Shown here: in pieces, positions 8,069-16,523 of the stretch
Numbering within the stretch: the first letter of the stretch is position 1
Layout: each line of letters begins with the position of its first letter
DNA from: an uncultured virus (IMG/VR IMGVR_UViG_3300032560_000010)
Taxonomy: Duplodnaviria > Heunggongvirae > Uroviricota > Caudoviricetes
Virus record (IMG/VR): IMGVR_UViG_3300032560_000010
Location: 1 to 64,000 of that record
Length of the DNA stretch: 64,000 nucleotides
Reading direction: 5' to 3' (one strand)
The notes under the pieces: generated by a model
Databases searched by the model: none
Told to the model about the DNA's origin: nothing
The model's input: the letters and a program-made list of their open reading frames with translations, nothing else
Made by a program: the position numbers and the translations under genes

Positions 8069-8496
8069 TTCTCGGCCTCTGGATAGATAATAATCATAGG
8101 CTTTTGTTGTTTTTCTGCATAATCATGCGTATACCATGTTCCTCCATTAGGTTGCCATTCTTTTTGATATGGCACTACCATAAGAAGATCTGTCTCGTCA
8201 ACTATATTTCTATTACGAGCAAAATAGCTTAAAGGCTCTCTACGTTCATCTGAGATAACAAAAGCTCGTAGATCCTCTTTTGCAGGCGGATGGCATACAA
8301 TTTTATAACCAAGTTGTTTGGCTATATCTGCTAATTCTGCATCAACTCCTATACAATCGCCATGATGAAATTCAAATTCTTCATAAATTTTTGCACCTTC
8401 ATGTTTAATATTATGAAGAAAATTGCATGCCATTTGAATTTGATATTGATTACAACCGGAACGTGTGCCTGTTACACCGATCTTGATAACACTCAT
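8065..8496 (-). CDS. SLOG-superfamily (YspA/DprA-like) protein
   Basis: IGVTGTR, HHGDCIGVD, RNRNIVD, GGTWYT motifs. Confidence 0.7.
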   Translation of the reverse strand: MSVIKIGVTGTRSGCNQYQIQMACNFLHNIKHEGAKIYEEFEFHHGDCIGVDAELADIAKQLGYKIVCHPPAKEDLRAFVISDERREPLSYFARNRNIVDETDLLMVVPYQKEWQPNGGTWYTHDYAEKQQKPMIIIYPEAEK

Positions 8497-8912
8497 ACAT
8501 CAGTCTCCGAATTTAACTTATTAATAAACCAAGGTCTAGCGATATTCGCAATAGGACCACCAAGTTTCTTTGGGTCAATCTGGGAAGCAATCATTGTATC
8601 CATTTCTTCCTTCATGATATCATTGAAAACCCAACGAATAAAGTCTCCCATAGATTTCATTTCAAATAGCATAATTTGAACAGTAGAATCAGAATTAACA
8701 AACGTCAATGCTCTTGACGAAACATGTGCATTCCAATATCCAGATTCATACATCCATACTAAAGCTTCATCTCTAGCCTTGGTAGATTTGGGATAGATAT
8801 CCCAATCATTAATTGGTTTATTTGTGACTAAACTGGTAATAGCTCCGCCAGCAATAAAGCATTCTTTCAGACCAGCTGACCCACCGAATACAGCAAGAAT
8901 TTTATCTTTCAT
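8493..8912 (-). pseudogene. chimeric ORF: Pol-beta nucleotidyltransferase N-terminus fused to an Rnl2-type RNA ligase C-terminus
   Basis: FIAGGAITSL...DWDIY then abruptly MKSMGDFIRWVFNDIMKEE...IANIARPWF. Confidence 0.55.
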
Positions 8913-9026
8913 GCTAGAACTCCCACTCGAATGGTGGGAGGTTGACGATGATCGCTCGGAAGACGTTCCTTCTAAAATAGGAAAAGATTTAATAGATTTT
9001 ATAATATCATGCTTTCTACATTAAAG

Positions 9027-9055
9027 ATTATACACATACTTCGTTTAGATGTCAA
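9027..9055 (-). promoter_or_regulatory. sigma70-type early promoter
   Basis: TTGACA-17 bp-TATAAT. Confidence 0.85.
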
Positions 9056-9845
9056 GTGTTAAATTGGGATTGAACTCATTTTTATTTTCTTCTCTGTAAC
9101 CCTTTGGATTAGCTACAATTCTAGTTTTTCCAATGTGGTAATCGAAGCTAGAGTGAGTGTGTCCATGTGTCCAAAGCACAATATGCTCATTATCTAAAAT
9201 CAATTCGGACAAATCAGAGTGATATGCACCGTTCAAGTGATAATCACCAGCATATTTTGCATTTATACTAAGTGGACTTGGGGCATGATGAGTGCATACC
9301 ACAACTTTCCCAACATACCCCTCAATTTCCTTTTTAAGGTATGCTACAGCCTTGTCATGTAGCAATACGGCATCAGATACCTTGAATTTACGATAATTAG
9401 GCTTACCCCATGTAATAAGCCTAAAGTCATTCATACAATCACCAATAATAACAAGAGACGTAGGATTACGTTTGTTGCCATCAAACCATAAAGTGGAACC
9501 GATAAATTTAATCTCATCTATAACAATAGAATCATTATCCAAAACATGAACATTTGGATACGCATTAAACAACACTTTTAAATATGCCGCATATGAATCG
9601 ATCCTACCATGATAATATTCATGGTTGCCAAGGATATAAATTACATTCTTCCAGTTTTCAGAACAATAATCCATAAATGAGCTAAAATCAGCATTAAGAG
9701 TAAGCTGATAAGGACTCTCTGATCCACGAAGTAGATAGTCAATCACGTAAATATCCCCGGAAAGAACGAGAACGTCCGATCCGGGGATAGGGCGAGGCAG
9801 AGTATCAAACTCTGCATGTAGATCACTTAAAACGGTTATTTTCAT
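9045..9845 (-). CDS. metallophosphoesterase
   Basis: SDLH, GDI, GNHE, THHAP, HGHTH motifs. Confidence 0.9.
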   Translation of the reverse strand: MKITVLSDLHAEFDTLPRPIPGSDVLVLSGDIYVIDYLLRGSESPYQLTLNADFSSFMDYCSENWKNVIYILGNHEYYHGRIDSYAAYLKVLFNAYPNVHVLDNDSIVIDEIKFIGSTLWFDGNKRNPTSLVIIGDCMNDFRLITWGKPNYRKFKVSDAVLLHDKAVAYLKKEIEGYVGKVVVCTHHAPSPLSINAKYAGDYHLNGAYHSDLSELILDNEHIVLWTHGHTHSSFDYHIGKTRIVANPKGYREENKNEFNPNLTLDI

Positions 9846-10092
9846 CTCTATACATCCTATAATCTTTAATTAATGGTTCTACAATTAGTACATAAGTTGG
9901 AATTATTGTAATCGCACCAAGTATGATACACAATGCACCAACCTCTCCCACAAATGATGCTAGTAGAAAAAATATTTCAATTGATCCCCATACTCCAACA
10001 CAAGCTGCAAATAGTAAACTAAATGCGGCTACAAAATCCATCAGCGCATCATTATCCAATATAGCTGCCCAAAGAGCTTTCCAATCAATCAT
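9823..10092 (-). CDS. membrane protein (2 TM)
   Basis: Two hydrophobic segments; likely start MIDWK. Confidence 0.65.
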   Translation of the reverse strand: MIDWKALWAAILDNDALMDFVAAFSLLFAACVGVWGSIEIFFLLASFVGEVGALCIILGAITIIPTYVLIVEPLIKDYRMYRDENNRFK

Positions 10093-11330
10093 TATACATC
10101 GCTCCATCAAACCATTCATCACGAAGTTGATTATATTTGGTATTGCTACCAAGATTATTACGAACCATATTTAAAATGGCATCGTATGCTAGGGCCGGAG
10201 AATTGTCATCAAACAATTTAAATACCAAAGGTCGAAGGTAAGGAAGCTCCTTATCACCATATTTGATGGCATAAGTTTTACGATCCAACCCAAGAGTTTT
10301 TGTATAATATTCGACCCTGTTGAAAAGACAGGTTGCCATTTCATGCAAGAAAAACTCAATTTTATATTCGAAATTTATCAACTTGATACGATCTTCATCT
10401 AGCACATGAGCTTTAATATCGTCAAGAGAATTTTCCAAAATCATCTCAACAATATTTCGATCTTGTAAAATCGATTCCTTGGCTTTATGGATTTGGACAT
10501 ACCAATGGCACTTCAATTTTACCATATGGCCTGAGTCAAATCGAACCACAAAACCTTCAAGGTCTTCCAAATCATGGACGTATTCAAGGAAAGCCTTAGT
10601 ATCGTTTTGTTCTCCATAATTGGTCATATTAAATACCCGAACAACAGGAATATCACCATTACCTTCTACAAATTTAACCATGGAATCATGCTTTGCATAA
10701 TGGCCATTATGCAAATGACGAATAGCAGTCAAAACAAGCTGATCTTCTTTATAATCAAGTACGATACGTTGTTTACGTGAACACCATTCAAAGATCGGAG
10801 TAAGGTGCATGGAAATCATCCAACGAGCAAACTTCTCATATTGGGGATTGTTCTTCACAAACTCCTCTACAGGCTTAGCAACATCGGTAGCACCCATCTT
10901 AGTACCCCTAGATCATCTGACCATCGACAATGAATGGAGCAATCATGCTTCCATCTAATTTTTCAACAATGACATGTGGATGACCAAGATTTATTTGATT
11001 TTCCTGAGTTTCTTCACGCTCGTTCACGTTGAAGAACTTATGATAAGGGCGACGAATAATATCACCAGTTTTAGAATCAAAAATGATACCACGACATTCA
11101 CGGCGAATTTTGGCTTGATATTGTGGAAGATTACGCTCCTCTAAAGAACCAATCGTCTTAAACTCACCATTTACATCAGGAAACGTATCATGAAAACAAA
11201 CGTTATAGTTTACAACAGTATAACCTTCTTTCTCGGCAACTACAAATTCAGGACGATCCTTGATAGCAGGTAGAACATCTTTAATATTATAGATTTCTGG
11301 GAATTCATATCCGTACATAATATATCTCAC
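10085..11330 (-). pseudogene. rnlA: RNA ligase 1 (T4 Rnl1-like) split by a 1-nt insertion at ~10909
   Basis: ECRGIIF, KFFNVNE and EKLDGSM lie in 10908-11330; EGFVV and VKLK in 10085-10897. Deleting one A gives ATC TGG GGT ACT AAG ATG (IWGTKM). Confidence 0.85.
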
Positions 11331-11382
11331 TTTTATCTGTTACAAGTGTCATAATATACAAAATCAGCTGTGTCAATAGATA

Positions 11383-11691
11383 TTATGATGATTTATTTTT
11401 AACCAATCGATATCCAAGAATCCTAGCAGCTTCTTTAATCAATTTAAGATTAACATCATTATTATCTTGTCCACGCTTCCATGCACCATATGACAGAGCA
11501 TTAAATCCATCATAATGATCCAACATAGCGAGAGTTTGATTGTCAGCATGAGTGCATTCGACAACTCTACCATAATTTCCTATCTTGTTAGAATATGTTG
11601 GGGAATAGATAATCTTTTTACCCAATTCTGGATCGTTACTCCATTGATGGAGGTAATCATTGTTCAACATTATTACAGTACGATAACCCAT
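11383..11691 (-). CDS. hypothetical protein
   Basis: GGGGAG RBS before MGYRTV. Confidence 0.7.
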   Translation of the reverse strand: MGYRTVIMLNNDYLHQWSNDPELGKKIIYSPTYSNKIGNYGRVVECTHADNQTLAMLDHYDGFNALSYGAWKRGQDNNDVNLKLIKEAARILGYRLVKNKSS

Positions 11692-11704
11692 ATTAATTCT
11701 CCCT

Positions 11705-11920
11705 TTATGCCGCAACACACATATGAAAATGAAGACCCGTTTCGAGAGCTTTATGGCCGATTGCCACCGGAAAGAATCTTCCTTCTGGCGTAGCTGCAAT
11801 AACCACATTTTGATTAGCATCACCAAGAATTTTCTCTGCCGCTTTAACAGCATTCGCATAAGTCTTATACGTTTTCAGAGCAGTATTGATGTCTGACGAT
11901 CCATTCCAAAGAACTTTCAT
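11705..11920 (-). CDS. hypothetical early protein
   Basis: AAGGA RBS before MKVLW; TTGACA promoter upstream. Confidence 0.65.
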   Translation of the reverse strand: MKVLWNGSSDINTALKTYKTYANAVKAAEKILGDANQNVVIAATPEGRFFPVAIGHKALETGLHFHMCVAA

Positions 11921-12095
11921 GCTACTTCCTTTCGGTCTTGATGTAACTCTTCTAACGTATTTTAAATTAGGTGTCAACAATTAATTTAAAACAATTTCAG
12001 AAAGAAGCACATATCCATGAACACTAGGAAGTGCCTTATATTCATATAGATGGTAAAGAATGGAATTGTAGTTTGTGATAATTCCGGGAATAATT

Positions 12096-12169
12096 TGGTA
12101 TCCGAGGGCGGTAACGCTCCACCGTCTATGAATTATCAGTTCATTGCTCTACTTTTGAGCTACACGGAT
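12096..12169 (-). tRNA. tRNA-Ile(GAT)
   Basis: ATGAA CTGATAA TTCAT; atypical T-loop AGCGTTA; ACCA. Confidence 0.85.
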
Positions 12170-12172
12170 ATC

Positions 12173-12247
12173 TGGATGCCCCGTTTGGACTCGAACCAAA
12201 ACCTACAGATTCAAAGTCTGTTGTCACTACCATTAGACTAAGGGGCA
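12173..12247 (-). tRNA. tRNA-Gln(TTG)
   Basis: ACAGA CTTTGAA TCTGT; U1-A72. Confidence 0.95.
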
Positions 12248-12260
12248 TTAATTTTTATTA

Positions 12261-12334
12261 TGGATGCCCTCCAAGGACTCGAACCTTGATTCACGGAGTC
12301 AGAGTCCGCTCTCTTACCATTAGAGGAAAGGGCA
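12261..12334 (-). tRNA. tRNA-Gln(CTG)
   Basis: GCGGA CTCTGAC TCCGT. Confidence 0.95.
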
Positions 12335-12348
12335 ATATAGTATATATG

Positions 12349-12507
12349 TTACTTTTTAAACATAGGATATGTTAATCTTTGATATAGCAAATAAGAACCA
12401 ATTATCCCACTAAATATAGCAAGGCTATAATGCCCAATAAATATATCGGCTATACATCCCAGCAAATTCAAAATTATAAGAATCATATGTATAATTTTTA
12501 TTGTCAT
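12349..12507 (-). CDS. small 2-TM membrane protein (52 aa)
   Basis: Hand translation MTIKIIHMILIILNLLGCIADIFIGHYSLAIFSG...YPMFKK. Confidence 0.6.
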   Translation of the reverse strand: MTIKIIHMILIILNLLGCIADIFIGHYSLAIFSGIIGSYLLYQRLTYPMFKK

Positions 12508-12513
12508 AATATT

Positions 12514-12687
12514 TCACTTTTTCTTAAACAAAGGAGAGTATATTAGTTGGTGAGTTATGGCTAGAGCGAATAACCCGCTTATAAAAGAACTAATATACTC
12601 ACCAGAATATAATTCTGTCACACACGCCATCGCATTTAATGCGGCAAGGATAGTTCCTATGGCTTCAAACAATTTGTACTTTGGCAT
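12514..12687 (-). CDS. small 2-TM membrane protein (57 aa), paralog of 12349-12507
   Basis: Hand translation MPKYKLFEAIGTILAALNAMACVTELYSGEYISSFISG...YSPLFKKK. Confidence 0.6.
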   Translation of the reverse strand: MPKYKLFEAIGTILAALNAMACVTELYSGEYISSFISGLFALAITHQLIYSPLFKKK

Positions 12688-12707
12688 GTCATTACTTTCA
12701 TTTTATA

Positions 12708-12785
12708 TGGTAGCCCCACCGAGTTTCGATCCCGGATCATAGACTTGAGAGGTCTATATGCTACCCAACTTACACCATGGGGGCC
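12708..12785 (-). tRNA. tRNA-Glu(CTC)
   Basis: TAGAC CTCTCAA GTCTA; acceptor has one extra C; ACCA. Confidence 0.85.
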
Positions 12786-13408
12786 GTTCTTCCTTTATAC
12801 CATCCATCTGGAATATTGTCAATTCTTTTTATCTTTTTATTTACTATACCATCAGTAATCCATTGTGTTCCAAATTGTGAGTTTTCTTTTCCACAATTTT
12901 TTCCTATTTTAGATAAACGCATTTTATTTTTAGATTCATCTGAATGTTTTTTACCAAGAAATGTAGAAAATGCTTCTTTACCGTGGCGTTCTATAATCTT
13001 AGATATTCTATTTAATTTCCAACTTTCGGATGAATGATATTCTTTAAATTGTTTAGATGTATAATTTCTACGACTATATCCTCCCATGCTAGAAGCTCGT
13101 GGTGATCTTAGTCCATTTGAATTAATATAACTAAATCCACCTTTACCTCCAACACAGATATTGTAGGTGTCATTTCTTGCACAAAACTCTTCAGTTACTA
13201 ATTCGGCTTCCTTGGAATTCATCTCAAATTTGGTATCAAAAATATATACGATTTCTTTATCAAAATTACTTATTCCATATTTTTCAATGGCATGATTCAA
13301 TAATGTTCCTGATCCCATATATGAATCTTTTAAATTCTTTGTTTGATGTTTTCCGATATAAATTTTACCATTTATCTTATTTGTTATTTTATAAATTGTA
13401 TAAAACAA
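12770..13408 (-). CDS. Seg-like GIY-YIG homing endonuclease with NUMOD3 motif
   Basis: YTIYKITNKINGKIYIGKH, YMGSG, YNICVGG, GKKHSDESK motifs; TTG start. Confidence 0.9.
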   Translation of the reverse strand: MFYTIYKITNKINGKIYIGKHQTKNLKDSYMGSGTLLNHAIEKYGISNFDKEIVYIFDTKFEMNSKEAELVTEEFCARNDTYNICVGGKGGFSYINSNGLRSPRASSMGGYSRRNYTSKQFKEYHSSESWKLNRISKIIERHGKEAFSTFLGKKHSDESKNKMRLSKIGKNCGKENSQFGTQWITDGIVNKKIKRIDNIPDGWYKGRTAPMV

Positions 13409-13414
13409 AATATT

Positions 13415-13468
13415 CTCCGGGTTTACATAATTAGATTTACCATATGTACTATATATGTAAACCCGGAG
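13415..13468 (-). promoter_or_regulatory. RBS-sequestering hairpin with late-promoter variant, controlling the Seg-like gene
   Basis: 15-bp perfect stem hides GGAG 6 nt upstream of TTG; CATATATA at the 5' arm. Confidence 0.8.
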
Positions 13469-13475
13469 TTCTATG

Positions 13476-13548
13476 TAGAGCAGACGGGGTTCGAACCCGC
13501 TTACACTTGATTGAAAATCAAGCCGCCCGCCGATTAGCGTTCTGCTCC
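13476..13548 (-). tRNA. tRNA-Glu(TTC), no encoded CCA
   Basis: GGAGCAG/CTGCTCT-A; CTTGA TTTTCAA TCAAG. Confidence 0.85.
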
Positions 13549-13551
13549 ATA

Positions 13552-14103
13552 TTAATCAATAGTAACCGTAACTCCGGTTTTTTCTATTGGCTTTAATAAA
13601 TCATAATATATGCTATATATAGCATGTTTATGTGCTATGTCAATATCTTTTTTCGCATCATCCATAAAAAATTTTCTAGCAGAGATAATATTTTGATTCC
13701 GCATATTATCTCTGATATCTGTACTCAAAAGTAACCACGAACCATTATCATAATTTTTAATAGTTGTCGAATCAATATTAGGGGTACTTATAAAAGTTTT
13801 TGGCAAATGTACAGATATCTTTTTATTAGCATAATCTACGTTATAAGTTATCTTATTTAAACTTGTTTTAAATTCTACAGAACCACTTATAATAGATGAT
13901 AGCTCTGCCTTCATTTTATAGTTTTGGTATGTAGATGTCGCCACTGTTGTAGAATTATATTCTAATGATACTAGATCACTCTTTTCTTTTAATTGAGAAA
14001 TAGCATTCACTACAGTACCGATATTATCCCAATCACTCCGAGCCATAACCCCAATTATAAAATAAGTTATTAATGCACCAGCTATACAAGATTTATACCC
14101 CAT
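13552..14103 (-). CDS. DUF4230-like membrane-anchored protein
   Basis: N-terminal TM; V..I.QL...SDLVSLEY; ISVHLPK..I..PNID pattern. Confidence 0.65.
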   Translation of the reverse strand: MGYKSCIAGALITYFIIGVMARSDWDNIGTVVNAISQLKEKSDLVSLEYNSTTVATSTYQNYKMKAELSSIISGSVEFKTSLNKITYNVDYANKKISVHLPKTFISTPNIDSTTIKNYDNGSWLLLSTDIRDNMRNQNIISARKFFMDDAKKDIDIAHKHAIYSIYYDLLKPIEKTGVTVTID

Positions 14104-15160
14104 AATGACGAATTGCCTTATAATTGGTAGATGTTTTTTGAGAATAAATTTTCAACTCTTTACCTTGATAAGAAATCAGGGGTTTAGAACATCCATGCGA
14201 AATCCAATTAAGAGCATGTGTCCTAGCATAGGCTGGATTATGGTGGGCCGTAGCAATATATTCCACCATTTGCTCTCTTTGATAAACACAACGCTTATTA
14301 AATTTTATAATTTGATCTGAATTCATCTTTTTAATCAAAGACATAATATTATAAGTTGAAAAATAATATGCAGCCCGATCACTTGTCAACCCCTGAAGTT
14401 TAATTACAGAGGTCGGAAGCTTATGATGACGAGAATACTTACTAATTTTATTAGCAGGTCGCAATCCATCTTTATCAAATCCTACGGCATAGGATGTAAA
14501 TTGATATCTACCCATGCTAAGCAAAGTATCTCCCAATGACGGAATATTATCCAGAAAATTACGACCACCTTCTTTCATATAAAGATTCATCATAATATAA
14601 TTCTGCTCACCATTACGATATGGCATCAATTCCGTCATAGAATACGCTGTAAGAGCATTTGCATCAATTTGGATGGCAGAGTACACTAGTCCCCAACAAT
14701 GCGCTGTATCAAGCTTATTATCAACACACAAATGTCCCCAATTAATATCGTTCTTAACCTTACCAAGGTCCATATTCAAAATATGATTATGGCGAACGAT
14801 TGACATCTTTTCAGGCGAAGAATTTACATAATGGTCAATAATAGACGATGCAGATGATACAGTGGCAGGAGAAACATTTTGAATATGCAATTTCTTATTC
14901 CATACACGTTTCATAGACGAATTCCAATCCACAGTCTTGGAATTTGGAATATTTCCATTGAAGTCTAAATACCCAAATGACAGTTTGGATAGACCAGCTT
15001 TTTTAACTGGTGCAAAATCAACTGGTCCTCTTTTATCAATACGATGTGACAATTCAAACCTAAACAATGGTTTAAATCCAGCATAATCGTTCTTAAAAGG
15101 CGCTAAACCAATAATCATCGGAATAGCAGCCAATTTAACCAAATTATAAACATTACTCAT
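14093..15160 (-). CDS. exported hypothetical protein, possible lysozyme-like fold
   Basis: N-terminal hydrophobic stretch; MTELMP and SMGRYQFT motifs. Confidence 0.5.
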   Translation of the reverse strand: MSNVYNLVKLAAIPMIIGLAPFKNDYAGFKPLFRFELSHRIDKRGPVDFAPVKKAGLSKLSFGYLDFNGNIPNSKTVDWNSSMKRVWNKKLHIQNVSPATVSSASSIIDHYVNSSPEKMSIVRHNHILNMDLGKVKNDINWGHLCVDNKLDTAHCWGLVYSAIQIDANALTAYSMTELMPYRNGEQNYIMMNLYMKEGGRNFLDNIPSLGDTLLSMGRYQFTSYAVGFDKDGLRPANKISKYSRHHKLPTSVIKLQGLTSDRAAYYFSTYNIMSLIKKMNSDQIIKFNKRCVYQREQMVEYIATAHHNPAYARTHALNWISHGCSKPLISYQGKELKIYSQKTSTNYKAIRHYGV

Positions 15161-15224
15161 AATATACTCCTGTCTTATTTTAGGACTATACCAGAGAAAG
15201 GTTAATGTCAAGTTAATTTTGGTG

Positions 15225-15440
15225 TTATTCTTTTATATTAGCGGCTGCTAATGCCCATTCTATCATTTCTTGAACGGCAACTCTATTTTTGAATTGACTT
15301 CTATGATATTCACACGATGCTTCAATTCCTGTTGGATATTCTCCAATATAATGGATACCTTTTATCCCAGATTTATAGCATCCGGTGGTCTGGCCGCCGG
15401 GATGTTCACGAATAGGCCAAGATTCATACTTAATAGGCAT
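15225..15440 (-). CDS. stand-alone RF-1/GGQ peptidyl-tRNA hydrolase domain (mini ArfB/PrfH-like)
   Basis: PGGQ...SGI...H...PTGIEASC...RSQFKNR matches release-factor domain 3. Confidence 0.75.
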   Translation of the reverse strand: MPIKYESWPIREHPGGQTTGCYKSGIKGIHYIGEYPTGIEASCEYHRSQFKNRVAVQEMIEWALAAANIKE

Positions 15441-15442
15441 TT

Positions 15443-15769
15443 TTAAAACCCTAGATAAAAATCTGTCGGATAATATAAAATTGGAAGTTTAGTAGCTTCA
15501 ATTCGTTCGTCTATAGCAGAATTAATTGAATTTCTTAATTCTTCTAATTTAGAAGCAAAGAACTCGTTGAATTTATTAGGAACCTCATATCCAAGATGTG
15601 GAAGTTCAAAATCTAATTTAGATCCTACTTGCCAAAAATCTTCATACTTAACAAGTTTGTCTTCATAATAATGAACTCTGGCTAGAAAAACTTTAGTCAC
15701 AAAATTATGAAATCTATCTTTTTCAACAACGGCAACTAATCTAATTTCTGTTTTATGTAGACTCATCAA
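15443..15769 (-). CDS. hypothetical protein
   Basis: ORF with AGGA RBS. Confidence 0.65.
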   Translation of the reverse strand: MMSLHKTEIRLVAVVEKDRFHNFVTKVFLARVHYYEDKLVKYEDFWQVGSKLDFELPHLGYEVPNKFNEFFASKLEELRNSINSAIDERIEATKLPILYYPTDFYLGF

Positions 15770-15782
15770 TATATCCTAAATT

Positions 15783-15856
15783 TGGTGCGGATGGGGAGAA
15801 TCGAACTCCCGACTCAACACTGGCAATGTCGCACGTTACCCCTACGCCACACCCGC
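15783..15856 (-). tRNA. tRNA-Gly(GCC)
   Basis: GCGGGTG/CATCCGC-A-CCA; CGACA TTGCCAG TGTTG. Confidence 0.95.
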
Positions 15857-16372
15857 AATCCTAACTTGAGTTGTTCTATTTAAAGGAACTTGTCTAACAT
15901 ATTCACCTTCAGCTTTACGATTACTCCAAGGCTTTAAATTATGTTCCAAAATTACCTTATCTTTGATAATAACAGCTCTAGTACATTCTTTATTCAACTG
16001 AACATAATATACACCATATTCATCTGCCAATGGGTTAGGAATTTTAGAGGTGAAACTTTTTTCTCTTCGCCATTGGTGATCTTTTCGTTCAATACAATTA
16101 ATTGCCCCGAATGGAAACGCAACATCACCTTGCCAATTACCGTGACGAACCTCGATTTCCCAACAATAAATTACTTCTCCATCTGAATTTAATGTAAGAA
16201 GATCGATGCCATGCTCATTTGCATTATCGATGGTCTTATATCCCTTAGCTTCAAATTGAAGATTCAAAAATTTACGAAATGCATCCCGCCCTTTTTTGTC
16301 ATATGTATTATGTTCGACACGATCAAACTTTTTAAGAGTGCCACGCATTCCCCGAGAAGTTGCTACTGTCAT
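15842..16372 (-). CDS. PD-(D/E)xK-like nuclease; stop inside tRNA-Gly
   Basis: GIDLL...WEIEVR motif; GAGG RBS before MTVAT. Confidence 0.55.
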   Translation of the reverse strand: MTVATSRGMRGTLKKFDRVEHNTYDKKGRDAFRKFLNLQFEAKGYKTIDNANEHGIDLLTLNSDGEVIYCWEIEVRHGNWQGDVAFPFGAINCIERKDHQWRREKSFTSKIPNPLADEYGVYYVQLNKECTRAVIIKDKVILEHNLKPWSNRKAEGEYVRQVPLNRTTQVRIAGVA

Positions 16373-16392
16373 ATCATATACCTCATAATAAA

Positions 16393-16478
16393 TGGAGAAC
16401 CGGCGGGGTAACGCTCCCACTTACGCCTTTCGAAACAGTTTTGCAGACTGTTGCAAGGACTTCCTCACGCACCGGCTC
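16393..16478 (-). tRNA. tRNA-Cys(GCA), non-canonical 8/4 Sec-like
   Basis: GAGCCGGT/GCCGGTTC 8 bp; U73-CCA; 6-bp D-stem; AACAGT CTGCAAA ACTGTT; G(T)GGG/CCCC T-stem. Confidence 0.8.
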
Positions 16479-16523
16479 TGATTATATGTATATATTATAC
16501 AAAACCCTATGTCAAGAAATATT

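Noticed and set aside
10908..10910. TAG stop-codon reassignment in this phage
   Set aside because: The downstream half of rnlA is out of frame, so read-through would not join it. No CTA-anticodon tRNA is seen, core genes are uninterrupted, and gp46 and gp47 end at TAG normally.
12050..12742. + strand ORFs 12050-12241 and 12557-12742 (likewise 16360-16611 and 17065-17289)
   Set aside because: They are antisense to tRNA genes and an artefact of GC-rich tRNA sequence.
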